Positions 24,601-38,305 of a DNA stretch of 64,000 nucleotides are shown piece by piece. Source of the stretch: Octopus vulgaris (lineage: Eukaryota). The DNA lies in contig OX597815.1 in NCBI GenBank assembly GCA_951406725.2, positions 71,176,001 to 71,240,000 of the forward strand, given 5' to 3'. A program made the position numbers and the translations under genes. The notes under the pieces are model-generated. The model ran no database searches. It was not told the origin of the DNA and worked only from the letters and a program-made list of their open reading frames with translations. Numbering within the stretch: position 1 is the first letter of the stretch; every line of letters starts with the position of its first letter.

Positions 24601-25515
24601 CTGCATGAGCCTGTAAGTCAAACAGGCTCATGTAGAAAAAGAAAGTTTCAGCCACCAAAACATGTACCAAATAAAACAGGAGAAAATTCAGGCCACTTTC
24701 CCAAATGTGGAAACAGTTTTCAAATTGTTCCTGTGTTTGATGGTCGCCAACTGTTCTGGAGAGAGATTATTTTCTAGGCTGAAAAGGATCAAAAGTGACC
24801 TTCGTTCAACAATATCACAAGAGCGGCTGTCTAATCTGAGTATTCTCTGTATAGAGGTTGATAAACAGCGAGTTATTGATTTGGATGAAATCATTGATGA
24901 GTCTGAAATTAGGAAAGCCCGAAGGAAGATGTTCTCACATTAAATTATCTGCTGCAAATGTGTAAACAAGCCTTAACAGGATAATATAAAAACAGCAATT
25001 TGATTATTTGATTTTTTGTGTAAACACTAAACTTTTTCATCAATCATCATTGTATGATTTAAGATTGTTATTTTCAAATAAAGTTTAAGAATAAAAATGT
25101 TGTCGATCTTCAAAGGTTAAAATGTCACATGATGTTGACTGTCATGACTGTCCTGTCTGTTCTCTTTTTATCAAGTTTGACTATTTCCTCATGTGACCTG
25201 TGTAAGACAGCGTTAGGCGGATTGGGGCTTTGGTTAATATATAATAGCTTCAAGTTTGTTGCAGTGTACATATCTGACCTATAGCCCAGAGAGTGTAAAC
25301 CTGAATTTAATCATAAACCTCTCCAAAAACATTCTCTGAGCCCTGATAATTAAAAAATTTGACTAAGATTCGTTTAAAAAAATAATGATTGAGCTGGTAG
25401 CACGTAATATTTTAACTACTCCTAAATTTCCTGAGCATGTTATGTCTGACTGTCCAAGTAAGGGACCTCATAACTTAGGTAGCACAGAGCCTCATTTGTC
25501 CTACATCAGGCACTG
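21618..25515 (+). mobile_element. Decayed hAT transposon, ZMYM1/DUF4371-type transposase
   Basis: Imperfect TIRs TAGTACCGGATTT / rc CAGTGCCTGATGT. Frameshifted coding ~22430-24943 with REWL..K.YCFVCK, QSYDNAANMVGKYNGVQ..C..HSLNL, and dimerization motif FPNV..ANCSGERLFSRLKRIKSDLRSTISQERLSNLSILCIE. Confidence 0.88.
22586..22775 (+). repeat. ~39-bp minisatellite, about 5 copies, in the hAT N-terminal coding region
   Basis: Unit GGCACCCAGGAACATTTGTCAGTAACTCCAAGTATCAGT (GTQEHLSVTPSIS). Confidence 0.8.
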
Positions 25516-25519
25516 GATG

Positions 25520-26340
25520 TAATTGTTTTTGCATCATTCTAACTTCTTCAGAAAATCCGTGGCATCAGAGGTGCGTAATTTTGTCTATCAATTATTTGAT
25601 TGATTTTCAAAGAACGGTGAATTTTAATCCATCTTTGTTCTCTTCATTTTCTTTGTTATTTTCCTAAGGGAAGAATTTGTTGTCGTTTAGAAGAAATTGT
25701 TCTTCCTCACTTGTTTTAATTGTTTTATTTTTAGTCCTTTGCATATTTTTTTCTTGCTTTATTCTTTTTAAATTTTTGCTTGTAATTCTTTCTTGCTCAG
25801 TGTTCTATAGGGATGTGATGCTACAAACGGAGGGGGAAGGGTGTTTGCTCATTTATTTGTCAAACTGTACTCCAATATATTTTCTTTGTTACCTCCAGAG
25901 TTTTAGCTGGTGGTGTTCTGGAAACTGGAGTTTATTGTTCTTTTTTTGGTGTTGCTGTTGATTTTGATTATTTTCATTTTCTTTCTTTTTGATTCATCTT
26001 CTTAATTCTTCGGGGCATTCAGCTCTAACGGATGTCTTACTCCGACAGCCAGGATTTCTACTCGGTATTAACAATCTCATACCGTTTGTTTCCGTACTTT
26101 CAACAAGACAGTTCTGGTATGATTCTTTGACTTTGGGTTATTACTAGAACTTACAAGTTCATTTTGACGTCCTTGACCTCAGATCGCTTTTCTTTAGCGC
26201 AGCTTTGACCATACACCCATACTGTCACACAAAAGTCACTGCTAGCCATGGGTCTATGTCGTTTCCATTGTCTTTATTATGTTTCTTTGGCACATGTACA
26301 GTGGGTATAAATATATAGTCGGAGGTATGTCTGACAATAT
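25520..26340 (-). mobile_element. Possible decayed LINE ORF1-like remnant
   Basis: A-rich minus strand with a degenerate ..RNPGCR..RAECP knuckle-like motif. Weak. Confidence 0.25.
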
Positions 26341-26414
26341 CAGCCAGTGTTTTGGAGCGTTTTCAATTCAAATGTGTAACGGATAGTTCTATAGTATTCT
26401 CCTTCTTCAATGTG

Positions 26415-26640
26415 TCTTTTATCTGTTACACGTTTCAAGTCATTACAGAGAGGCCATGCTGGGGCACCGCTAGAAAGAATTTTTAGTCGAATGAATCAAC
26501 CCCAGTACTTATTTTTTAAAGCTTGGCACTTATTCAATCGACCTCTTTTGCCAAAACGGTAAGTTAAAGGGACGTAAAGATGCCAACACCGGTTGTCATG
26601 CGGTGATGGGAACAAACAGAGACACAAAGATACACATACG
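26415..26640 (-). mobile_element. SINE family A, 3' half
   Basis: GGCCATGCTGGGGCACCGC..CCCCAGTACTTATT..CAACACCGGTTGTCA. Confidence 0.75.
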
Positions 26641-26723
26641 TACGCACGCACACATACACACACACACACATACACAAACACACACACTCACACATACATA
26701 ATACATACACACATATATATATA

Positions 26724-27962
26724 CAAGGGTTGAACAAAATAATAGAAGCACCTTAAAATATTAAACAAATTTATTTTAATATGAGGTAATTACAGCTTGA
26801 ATTCTACGTGGTATGGACTAATACAATGTTTGAATTGTTTCCAAAGGAATTTTTGTCCATTCTTCAGCTGAAACGGTCCAGTTATTGAAGTGATGATTGT
26901 GGAGGATATCGACTCCTTACTTGTTTTTCTAAATAATATTGATGTCTGGGGAGTGTGGTGGCCAGATAAGATGCTCAACTTCACTAGAATGTCCCTCATG
27001 CCATTCAGTAACAACTTTAGCTGTATCAATTGGTGCATTATCATCCTGAAAGATTGAGTTACCTTCCGGAAACAGTTCTGCAACCATAGGATGAATTTTA
27101 TTAGATAAAATGCTTAAATAGTTTTGACTATTAATTCTGCCATGAAGGGAAACCATTGGGCCGGCGGATTTCCATGATATAGCCCCCACCCCCAGGTCAT
27201 CACAGAACCTCTTCCATGTTTAACAGTTGGAAGAAGGCAATCTGGATCTAATGCTTCTTTTGGCTGTCTCCACAGGTATGCTCGGCTGGTGGTCGAAAAT
27301 AAGGTAATGGATGACTCGTCCGAGAAAATAACATTATTCCACTGCTCTAGGGACAAATTCTGTAGGTTTTTACTCCACTCTAAACGCTTTGCAATGTTTG
27401 TTTTTGAAAGTAGTGGTTTTCTGATTGCAGCCTTCCTGTGAAATCTGGCTTTGTGCAGCTACCAGCGAACAGTCTTTGTGAAAACTGGGTTCTCGAGGTG
27501 GTCATTACGCACTGCAGTAATTTTGGGAGCTGTACTTTTGTGATCCTTTAAAACAATTCGCTTAAGAGTCCGGCGGTCCATATCTGAAAGTTTTGGTTTT
27601 CTTCCGGAGTTTTGTTTCGACGAGGAGGTTTTCCCCCTCTTTCTCAAAGGCTCTCATTACTTTCGAGACATACTTCTTGATACACCAGACATTTCGGCTG
27701 TTTTCATTACGCTAGCGCCTGCCATACGAGCACCAACAATCTGACCTCTTTGAAAGTTTGATAGATCTGTCATTTTAGTGAATTTTAATTACCTTTGTTT
27801 GATGATATCTGAAAAGAAACAGGAATTTTAGCAAAACATATTAAGCAACACTAATAATAAATCCAAAAACATAAAAATAAACAAGTTTTTGACGGTTTTA
27901 TAGATATTTCAAAATTATGATGCTATGATGCTAGGTGTTTCCATTATTTTGTCCAGCCCCTG
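26724..27962 (-). mobile_element. Full-length decayed Tc1 (DD34E) element
   Basis: TIRs CAAGGGTTGAACAAAATAATAGAAGCACCT / rc CAGGGGCTGGACAAAATAATGGAAACACCT with TA TSDs. Fragments GRKPKLS, IFSDES, FQDDNAP, WPPHSPDINII. Confidence 0.92.
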
Positions 27963-28005
27963 TATATATAATTTTAACATGTCTGTGTATGTGTGTGTGT
28001 GCGTG

Positions 28006-28166
<161 letters not shown>

Positions 28167-28184
28167 ATACACACACACACATAT

Positions 28185-28740
28185 ACAGACGTGACAAAAG
28201 TAAATAGATACCCTTATGATCGTTAATATTTATTTAAATCTGAAATTTTACATTCAAATTATTTATTAATTGTTATAATGTGGATATTTAATATTTGGTA
28301 GATATGCCCTTTGCATTTTTCAATGCAAGGACCCTTTTAGGTATCTTAATGATCAGATGACGAATATTCTTTCGAGGAATTTTTGCCAAGTTTCATGCAG
28401 TAATCTCAAAAGATCTGGCTTTGGAGGTGCTTTCTTATTCTTTTTATGAAGTGTTCTATTCATTATGCCCCAGAGGTATTCAACAGGGTTTATATCTGGT
28501 GACTGGCTTTGCCATAGAAGCTTTTTAATGCCATTCTCATCCAACAAGTCTTGGATCATTTAGCCGTGTGACAAGGAGCCCAATCTTCCATAAATAGTCT
28601 TCTCTTTCATCATTTCACCACTGGAAAAGATTGGAAGGAGACCTTCTGCAATATGGACATATATTTATCTGAGTTTATGCTTCCCTCACACTCTACCAAA
28701 GAAATGCTGCTAAGTTTTTCACAATACTCTTACCTACATT
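28185..28740 (-). mobile_element. Second Tc1-like element, 3' fragment
   Basis: MEDWAPCHTAK..WQSQSPDINPVEYLWG. TIR-like TA-CAGACGTGACAAAAGT end. Confidence 0.8.
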
Positions 28741-28774
28741 TTTTTCTTGAAATTGTGATAGTTCATCTAGTATT

Positions 28775-29235
28775 GCCGCAGGTGTGGCTGTGTGATAAGA
28801 AGCTTGCTTCCCAACCACATGGTTCCGAGTTCAGTCCCACTTCGTGACACGTTGAGCAAGTGTCTTCTACTATATCCTCGAACTGACCAAAATCTTACGA
28901 GTGGATTTGGTAGATGGAAACTGAAAGAACCCATCATATAAATATATATAAATAAATATATATATATGTTTGTGTGTGTATGTACGTATGTATTTATGCA
29001 TATATCTATGTGTATGTGTGTGTCTTTGTGTCTGTACTCGTCCCACCACTATCGCTTAACAACCAGTGTTGGTGTGTTTACGTACCCGTAATTTAGCAGT
29101 TCGGAGAAAGAGACCGATAGAATAAGCACCTGGCTTTAAAAAAATTGTTAGTCCTTGGGTTAATTTGTTCGACGAAAATCCTTCAAGGCGGCGTCCCAGC
29201 ATGGTCGCTGTCAAATAATTTAACAAGTAAAAAAA
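28775..29235 (+). mobile_element. SINE family A
   Basis: Full head, body, microsatellite and tail. Confidence 0.85.
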
Positions 29236-29745
29236 AACAAAATATTGAAGGAAGATTGTTTTCACACAAATGCTATATAAGATGGTGGCAGTTTTTGATT
29301 TGATGTGAGAATCGCTACTATTGTCATTGTTGCTGTTAGAGTCGCCATCTTCACAATTATTTATGTATTTAACATATTTTTTTAATACAATGTTCACTAG
29401 CGTGTAAAGTTTCCTCTTCCTCTTGTGCACTTAGTTGTGTGTTAATTTTGTGTTGCGTTTATTGGTCATAGCAGTATTTTGTCGTGTGGCAGAATTATAT
29501 GTAGTAGCCATTTTGGAAGTAAAAAGTAATAGGCGTAAAAATAATTTTAAAAGTTTGTAAAACAAAACCCTTTTTTTTTTCTGTAGTCTATCTCGCTCCC
29601 CGACTATCGAGAGCTGGTCCGCCTTAGTAAATATAATTTTTTTTTATAAGTACTCCAAAGAAAATTTCATTTGGCAATACTTGAAATGAAATGTGTTTTG
29701 AAGGAAGGCTAAAAAAAAAGACCTTTCCACATGACGAAAATCATT

Positions 29746-30190
<445 letters not shown>

Positions 30191-30339
30191 ATCACGTTCA
30201 TGATGCTGAAGCACCTAGTACTTATTTCAGCGAAATGAACAAAAGTGTTATTATTATTATATATGCATACTCACATCTCTCGAAGAAATAAAATGTCGTG
30301 ACATTAATATTCATATATCAATACATCATACCATTGTGT

Positions 30340-30557
<218 letters not shown>

Positions 30558-30807
30558 GTTACAAGTTTTAATTTAATATTAGTTCCTTCTTAACAAAGTA
30601 GAACAATTTTTATATTATTTGATTTGCATATATTTTCCAAGAGGTGTGAGTATGCATGTATTAAAGTTTTTTTTTTTTTCCTTTCTGTTTTTATTTCTTC
30701 ATTGTGATCCTCTTTGTCCTGTTTAATTTCGTTTCTTTTACGAAAAACACAACACGCCGTCCTGCTTTAAGTTTCGTATATTTTTATCATTATAACATCA
30801 TTCTTTT

Positions 30808-30864
30808 CCTCCACTGACGATTGCCTATGCAACACACGAAACTTTGAGATATCAAGGTGTAGAT
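30808..30864 (+). ncRNA. Hammerhead-like motif, probably inactive
   Basis: CUGACGA (30814-20), UUGC/GCAA hairpin, GAAA, stem III ACUUUGA-gaua-UCAAGGU, but N17 is G. Confidence 0.45.
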
Positions 30865-30974
30865 ATTATTTTAAAGCCTAAACATATAAATAATTACGGA
30901 AATGTATTTGTCTGGAAGTTGCAGCGGAACTATATCAGTGATATTGTGACGAAAATTTTTACAACAAATAATCC

Positions 30975-31185
30975 TGTCTCTCATAGGTACAAGGCCTAAA
31001 ATTTTAAGGAAGAGAAATTAGACAATTACATCGATCACAAGATTTTGTTGGCACTTCTTTTATCGGCTCGAAAAAAATGAAAGCCAAAGTCGACTTCAGC
31101 AGAATTTGAACCCAGAAGCTAGAGAAGAATGAAAAACCTGGAAGCATCTTCTCCGGCATGTTAACGATTCTGTCAGCTTGCCTTC
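30975..31185 (-). mobile_element. SINE family B, decayed
   Basis: TACAAGGCC..AAAGTCGACTTCAGCAGAATTTGAAC..ACGATTCTGTCAGCTTGCC. Confidence 0.7.
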
Positions 31186-31330
31186 ATTTTCACAAATAAT
31201 AAATATTTTAAAATATTTAAAATAATAAAATTTTATGAAAAGTTAACGGTTTTTCTGATTTTGAATTAATAACACGTGTCCTCCACGCTGTAATTGCATA
31301 AAAATTACTTATGTGTGCCGGTGTGTGTGT

Positions 31331-31399
<69 letters not shown>

Positions 31400-31717
31400 T
31401 TTAATGGTATACAGTTTTTAGTTAGTGTCTCAGCTAGGGAGTGAACTATTTCGAAAAGGACTAGTCTGATTAAATTCTAGGGTAAAACAATGTTTTTAAA
31501 AAATTTTAGAAGTTCATTTTTCTTTCAGACATCTCATACATACATATATACATACATACACACATATATACTTGAATACACATAGGCATGAATATATACA
31601 CACATACATACATTTATATACTTACACATATACATATGCATACATACACGCACACACGCATACATATATACATACATACATATGCACATACGCGTTGTCA
31701 CGCACGCATGCGCACAG

Positions 31718-31764
<47 letters not shown>

Positions 31765-31766
31765 CA

Positions 31767-31802
<36 letters not shown>

Positions 31803-31912
31803 TGTATGTATACAACAGAGATTCGCAAAGAAAAACAGGAAGAATACGTGAAATTGTCAAGATATGTAAAACATTCATGAAGTTCAGCATGCGATAAGAT
31901 CCTTATATACAA

Positions 31913-32296
31913 CTAGCAGTATCGCCCGGTGCTGCTCGGGTTTGTAAGGGAAATAACTATATAAGCATTTTTAGAGATGTAAAGTATAATAGCCATCTCA
32001 ATATGGCTAACCACAAAGGGGGGTGTTACTGTAGCTTTTTACGTTCTGAGATTTAACAATAAATTTTTAGAGAGTTACTTCCCTTATATATGCCAAAAAT
32101 GGGAGAAATTGATGATAATTTTTTTTTTAAATCGTAGACTCATCGTAGATGCGCGCTAATACACAGAAGGGCTCGAAATGAATCACGACTATAAGATACC
32201 CGGTTTTGGTTAAACTGCACCGTAAAATGTGGGAGTAGTTAGGAATCTAAATCGTAGGAGACAGACAGCACACAACCTCTCTTTTATATATAAAGA
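31913..32296 (-). mobile_element. Non-autonomous Helitron
   Basis: Minus strand starts TCTTTATATATAAAAG and ends CCCGAGCAGCACCGGG hairpin..CTGCTAG. Inserted between host A and T with no TSD. Confidence 0.8.
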
Positions 32297-32424
32297 TGAC
32301 ATGTCTCCGCCAATGACCACAAGTGCATATACTGATGTAAATGCCTACATGTGAACAGGCTTACATGTGTGCATGAATACATGTATATGCATGCATAATA
32401 CATAAATACATAGATTTATTTAAC

Positions 32425-32778
32425 TTTCTTTTATTCTTTCTTTTATTTGTTTAAGTCATTTGACTGCGGCCATGCTGGAGCACCTCCTTCAGGGGTTTCT
32501 TTAGTCAAAGAAATCGACCCCCAGGACTTGTTCTTTGTAAGCCTAGCGCTTATTCTATCGGGCACTTTAGCCGAACCACTACGTAAATACACCAAAATCG
32601 GTTGTCAAGCGATTGTGGGGGTAGGACAAACACAGACACGAAGACATACACACACACATATATATAGATATATATATATACACGACGGATTCCTTTCAGT
32701 TTCCGTCTGCCATATCCACTTGCAAGGCTTTGGTCAGCTCGAAGCTATGGTAAAAGACGCTTGTCCAAGGTGGCACGC

Positions 32779-32780
<2 letters not shown>
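32425..32780 (-). mobile_element. SINE family A, 5'-truncated
   Basis: Reverse complement of the tail and body. Confidence 0.8.
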
Positions 32781-32855
<75 letters not shown>

Positions 32856-32861
32856 CACACA

Positions 32862-32932
32862 CGAGTGTAAAGATATAAAACTAAGTGAATAAAATATTGC
32901 AAAATACCGCTTTCTTTTGGGTACCCCCTTGT
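32862..32932. mobile_element. Terminal fragment of the mariner family at 14908-15806
   Basis: Reverse complement matches 14906-14978 (GGGTACC.AAAAGAAA..ATTTTATTCACTTAGTTTTA). Confidence 0.7.
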
Positions 32933-32936
32933 ATAT

Positions 32937-33475
32937 ATCAGGTTGGTGCAAAAGTAATGTCCGATTTAAAGATCAAAGGTAAAAATGAATAAGCCAATGA
33001 CTATGGAAATATTCATTTACATATTCTACATTGCTTTCAATGACCTCATTCCATCTTTCAACAACCTTGTAAATGCCTCGCTTGTAAAATTCTGTAGGTT
33101 TAGAACAAAATATGAAGCCAACTCATTTCAATCTCTTCTATTGTTGTTAACCTAAGTCTATCAAAATGGTTCTGTAGTCCTCGGAACAAATGGTAATCAG
33201 AAGGAGCAACGTCAGGAGAAAATGGAGGATGAGGCAGTATTTCCAAAGCATGGTCTTCCAAGAGAGTTCTTGTTAGTCGAGCTGTATAAGAACGAGCACT
33301 ATCATGATGGAAGATGACACCCTTTCTGTTAACCAAGGATGCTCGCTTTTGGCTCAGAAGTGTTTTCAAACGACGAAGTTGCTCACAGTAAAGATTAGCA
33401 TTAATTGTTTGGTTGTTGTCCAACAGTTCATAATGGATTACTTCTTTAATATCTCACCATACTCTCAACATGATC
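32937..33475 (-). mobile_element. mariner (DD34D) 3' half
   Basis: HHDSARSYTA..HPPFSPDVAPSDYHLF. TIR-like TCAGGTTGGTGCAAAAGTAATG. Confidence 0.88.
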
Positions 33476-33855
33476 TATATATATATATATATATATATAT
33501 AATTGTGGTACTGCGAAGTACCAGCTTCGCTAGAAATAGGAATCAGATGAACTCCGAAGCCACAGAGAGCTCACTTATTTAAAACAAGGTTGGTGACAGT
33601 GGGTGGCGAATAAAGATTATAACTCTTACCTATGCGAAGTCCGCAAAAGGAATGGCAGATAACTTTGTATCGATTTCGGGATATGTGCTAAGGAGCACTT
33701 GTCCTTCCTCGGTTAAGTCTACTGCAAAAGAAGCTAAATTTAAAGAGATTCACCTCACCATGCTTACACATAATCGTTTTCCTCAGGGACTAGTAAACCT
33801 GATACCGTTCATTAATCGGCGTGCATTCAAAGCAATGATTAGTAAATTCACGAAA

Positions 33856-34080
33856 CCTATTTCTTTATTACCCACAAGGGGCTAAACATAGAGGGGACAA
33901 GCAAGGACAGACATAGGTATTAAGTCGATTACATGCGTAACTGGTACTTAATTTATCGACCTCGAAAGGATGAAAGGCAAAGTCGACCTCGACGGAATTT
34001 GAACTCAGAACGTAACAGCAGACGAAATACGGCTACGCATTTCGCCCGGCGTGCTAACGATTCTGCCAGCTCGCCGCCTT
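33856..34080 (-). mobile_element. SINE family B, young copy with long-tail variant
   Basis: Near-consensus. Tail shared with 18300-18372. Confidence 0.88.
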
Positions 34081-34129
34081 GAATCTCTTTAACAATTCAC
34101 TGTAATGACTTTTATTACTTTTATTCCTA

Positions 34130-34760
34130 CCTCAGTTAATCTAATTATATATATCTATCGTTACTTTTCATAAATATAAATACAAAAAAGAAAATTCTCG
34201 CCCCTCCTTAATTCTTCTGTCCCTCTACTTCTACTTCTCTCTCTTCTCTTCCCACGTCACGGCCGTTCGACCAAGCCTGTTCTTTCTTGGTCTGACCGTT
34301 GTCCGTGCAACATCGATATTCTTTCCTGTGTTTGTGAAATTTTTGTATCTCTGCCGTGTGGCTTCATTTTCACACGCGCCAGCTTAATTCAATTCGTCCT
34401 TAATCGAAAGACACCTGTTGTTATGTCCTGTTATTATTTTTATTGTATTTATATTTGTGTAACAGTGTCCGTTTTTTCCGTCCTTATTTTTGTATACATT
34501 CGCTGCTTTTATCCAAGGAATCTAATGCTCTTAGCTTAATTTTTCCTTGGGGCTGGCCAGATTGGAGCAATCTCATGAATAATCAGCCGAAATTGCGATG
34601 ATAATCTGGTGCTTGACTGAGGAAAGAAAACTTCGAATGACCCGTCCTTGTTTTCTTTGTATCGTCTATCTGGATGTTTTGTTGTCCATTTTTGTGTCAC
34701 CTAGCTGTCCGGATGTTTTGCGTTCTTATCCCATTTTGTATTTATATGTGTATATATATA
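34130..34760 (+). mobile_element. PLE-like non-coding element ending in (TA)n
   Basis: End block CTGTCCGGATGTTTTGCGTTCTTATCCCATTTT also occurs at ~862-894, inside a SINE (TA)n tract. Confidence 0.5.
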
Positions 34761-35437
34761 TATATATATACTTTATTTATGTGTTTAGGCTACCATTGGT
34801 TAAGAGAGGTGTTTTCATGCAAGATGGAAACGAACGCCAATATCATATGAAACAAACTTGATAATTGTTAAGAGATATATCACCTTTAACATAAAACCAA
34901 AGGTAGCTTGATTAACCCACAAATAAAGAATATTTATCCACCAATGCGGTATTGAGCATTCATTCTCACTGTTCGATATTAACGTACAATATATATGTTT
35001 ACCGTTTGATTATACAGTTCAACTCTTCTTTCTACGTATATTATATGTTTCTAATATTCGCACACATCTATACTTTAATTTTGGTATGTATATTCAAAAG
35101 TATCTACATTTATTATTATAGAAATTAACCCTCTCATCTATTTCACTCTATATTTCTATGGCTTTAACGTTATCCTTCACACCTTATTCTTTTTCACAGT
35201 TTATCATTTCCTATTTTTCCTTTCTTCCTTTTCTTTTTTTTTCTAATCAAATCTTCCTTGCTTTTTCCAATATATTATGATGTTATTCCCCAATACCATT
35301 ACATTACAGACGCAGCTACTATGATCTACTAATGCAACTATACCAAAAAAATAGATACATTATATATGCTCATACTTATCGTTTGTTCTACACTAGATTG
35401 TTTAACAATTCTGTATACCGACTCTAAACGTATTAAT

Positions 35438-36205
35438 AAGGTGGTGAGTTGGTACAATCGTTAGCACGCTGGACTAAACGCTTAACGGCATTTTTTGTGA
35501 CTCTGTATCTTTTGAGTTCAAATCCCGTCGAGGTCAGCTTTATCTTTCGGAGTCGATAGAAAAAGTACCAGTCTTCTACTTGGGTAATTATTATTAACAA
35601 ACATCCTTCCCCTCAAAAATTGCTAGATTTGGGCCAAAATTTGAAAGTAGGTACTAACAATTAAGCTACTTTAAAATTAGCATATTTATAAAAATAGCAC
35701 TCTGTTATTGTTATTATTTGTTGTAGTAGTTTTACAGTTAGTATTATTAGTAGAATTGTTAGCATGTCGGGCAAAATGTTTACCGGCATTTCGTCCGTCT
35801 ATACGTTCTGAGTTCAAATTCCACTGAGATCGATTTTGCCTTTCATCCTTTTGGGGTCGATAAAATAAGTACCGGTTAAGCACTGGAATGGATAAAATAA
35901 CTATCGGTTGGAGTCGATGTAAACGACTTATTCCCACTCCCGAACCTGCTAGCCTTGTACCAGAATTTGAAATTATTAGTATTAGTATTAGTATTATTGA
36001 CAGAATCATTAGCATGTCGAGCAAAATGCTTAGCGGTATTTTGTGCACTTTATGTTCTGAGTTCAAATTCCACTGAGGTCGACTTTGCCTCTCACCTTAT
36101 TGGGATCGATAAAATAAAGACCAGTTGAGCACTGGGATCGATATAATCGACTTACCCCCGCCTCCAAAATTCTGGGCCTTGAGCTTATAATAGAAAGGAT
36201 TATTA
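35438..36205 (+). mobile_element. Cluster of three SINE family B copies
   Basis: Three TGAGTTCAAAT..GAG(G/A)TC..TCGATA blocks. Confidence 0.8.
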
Positions 36206-36239
36206 GTAAAGCTAATGTATGCCATATTAGTTAGCAGAG

Positions 36240-37100
36240 GTGTTGTGTTGAGGTTTTCATGAGAACAAGTCTCCTCAAATCTCAAGGAATCTTTCTTAGG
36301 ATTCCTGTGGAATGCAGGATGACATTTTTCTGGAGGTCAATTATGCCAGTTTCAATTCCAATATTCTTCAGCCTCTTAGGTTGATGTTTGGGTGTTGTGC
36401 CAAGTGCACAGGAATAACTTTATTAATTTCTTAAACTTTCCAGCTAGGTCCTGATTTTTCTCATTTGTTTTTAATGATCTTACACATTTTTTTGTCCTCT
36501 ATAACTATACCGGGTCTCATTGCTTCAGAAAGTATGGTTAGTCTTTATGGGGAAGTTTCATAAAATCCTGTAATTTCTGTTCTCTCTCACAGCCTCTGAT
36601 TCGTGTCCGTACCATTTCCCTTTTACTTCGAGGCCATATATTTGGCTGATATTTCAATGTATCTTTTACTATCACAATCATGCCTGCGTTTACATCCTGT
36701 TTGTGCTATCTTACTTCACTCACTCAAGAGATTGTTGATCCTTTCGACTCCCACAGTCTGAATTTGCCCTGTGGTTAAGTTTTGTCAATCTTTACTTTCA
36801 TCTAATCGTCGTAATGCCTTAACTCTATAGTTAGCGGCTATAATTAGCACTTCAGTTTTCCGTTTCAGGTTTACATTCGTCTGCTGTAACCAGCGTTCTT
36901 TACTTCCAACATGTTTGGTTGTTGCTTGAATTGGCCACATAATTCTCTCGCTTTCCGTGTACTTTTTCTGTTGTTCTTCCTTCTTCTTTTTTAAAAAAAT
37001 TATTTTACTGTTTAGATAACTTTTTGACATTGTTAGTCGCCAACAGAGTTTTTCAAACCCAATATCGGCGATTCTTTGAAGAAAGCAGCTCGATTCCAAT
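36240..37100 (-). mobile_element. R4/Dong-type RLE LINE 3' fragment
   Basis: WLQQTNVNLKRKTEVLIIAA; decayed RPD region. 3' end GAGAACAAGTCTCCTCA.ATCTC shared with ~55268-55292. Confidence 0.7.
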
Positions 37101-37654
37101 CCACAAAAGCTTTACCAAAAACTACGTAAATATGAAATAAATCAATGTAGTGCCAACAACGAGAGAACTGTTATGGAGAGGATAGGAAATGGACTGCCAT
37201 GGACGGCTATGTTTAAAACAATAAGTGCAGAGCAATGAACAATGGCGAGAATCAATAACTACATAAGCAATTATTTTGACCGTTATAAAAATGAGCAAGA
37301 GGAAAATATGAAAGGATAAAATCCAAACTTTTGCATAAAATATGTCACAAGCAACATGAGAAGTGCTTTCAAAAATATTTATTGATGTATATAGAAAGAA
37401 TTAGAAAGAATTTATGGATGGTTTACAATGAGACAACAATCTTATTTTACTACAACACTGACAAAACAACAAACGTTAAAAACTATATGTATATAATCTA
37501 TCTACCTACAGTTTACAAAGATTTTACGAGAATATCCGGAATGATATGACAGAGCGCAACCATCTGACACAGCTGATTGGACATTTGGCCTGTTTTGGCG
37601 ACAGTACTTTTTGGTACTAGAGGGAAACAAACGCTCGCACGCAGAAATATACAC

Positions 37655-38075
37655 AGGTGCAGGTGTGGCTATGTGGTAGGAAGCCTGCTTCCAAACCACA
37701 TGGCCCAGGTTCAATCACACTGTGTGACACCTTGGGCAAGTGACTTCTACTATAGCCTCGGGTCAACCAAAGCCTTGTGAATGGATTTGGTAGACGGAAA
37801 CTGAAAGAAGTCCGTCGTGTATATATATAATCCGAAATGTATAGTATTAAATATCCATCACGGCTGGCCTTACCAATCGGTTTCGCGTAAAGAATACAAC
37901 TGAGTGTTAGAACAAAGCGATTATATAACTTTACGCTCATCAGAGTTAGCCAATTTAGAAGGAAATATGGTAACTACGCTCTATACATTTCGGAGATAAT
38001 ATACCCACTCTACTGACAGATATACGAGTGCATCTTTTCCCTGACTTATGGTCCCTTAAACGACTCACGCGCGTT

Positions 38076-38119
<44 letters not shown>

Positions 38120-38305
38120 CACGCATGTGTGTTTGTGTTTGTCCCCGTAATGTAGCGGTTCGGCAAAAGAGACCGATGGAATAAGTACTAGGTTTACAAA
38201 GAATAAGTCTTGGGGGCGATTTCTTCGACTAAAAACCCTTTAAGGCAGTGCTCTAGTATGACCGCAGTCAGATGACTGAAACAAGTAAAAGAATAAAAGA
38301 ATGAT
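37655..38305 (+). mobile_element. SINE family A containing a hammerhead cassette in its (TA)n
   Basis: Head and body 37655-37820; 3' half 38125-38305. Confidence 0.85.
37862..37951 (-). ncRNA. Type I hammerhead ribozyme with intact catalytic core
   Basis: GGCUaaCU-CUGAUGA-GCGUAAAG..CUUUACGC-GAAA-CC-GAUU-G-GUA/AGgccAGCC. Perfect 8-bp stem II. Predicted cleavage between 37871 and 37870. Confidence 0.8.

Noticed and set aside
34555-34645. CUGAGGA-AAG-aaaa-CUUC-GAAU hammerhead-like motif
   Set aside because: GAAA and stem III are absent, so it cannot be supported as a ribozyme from this copy.
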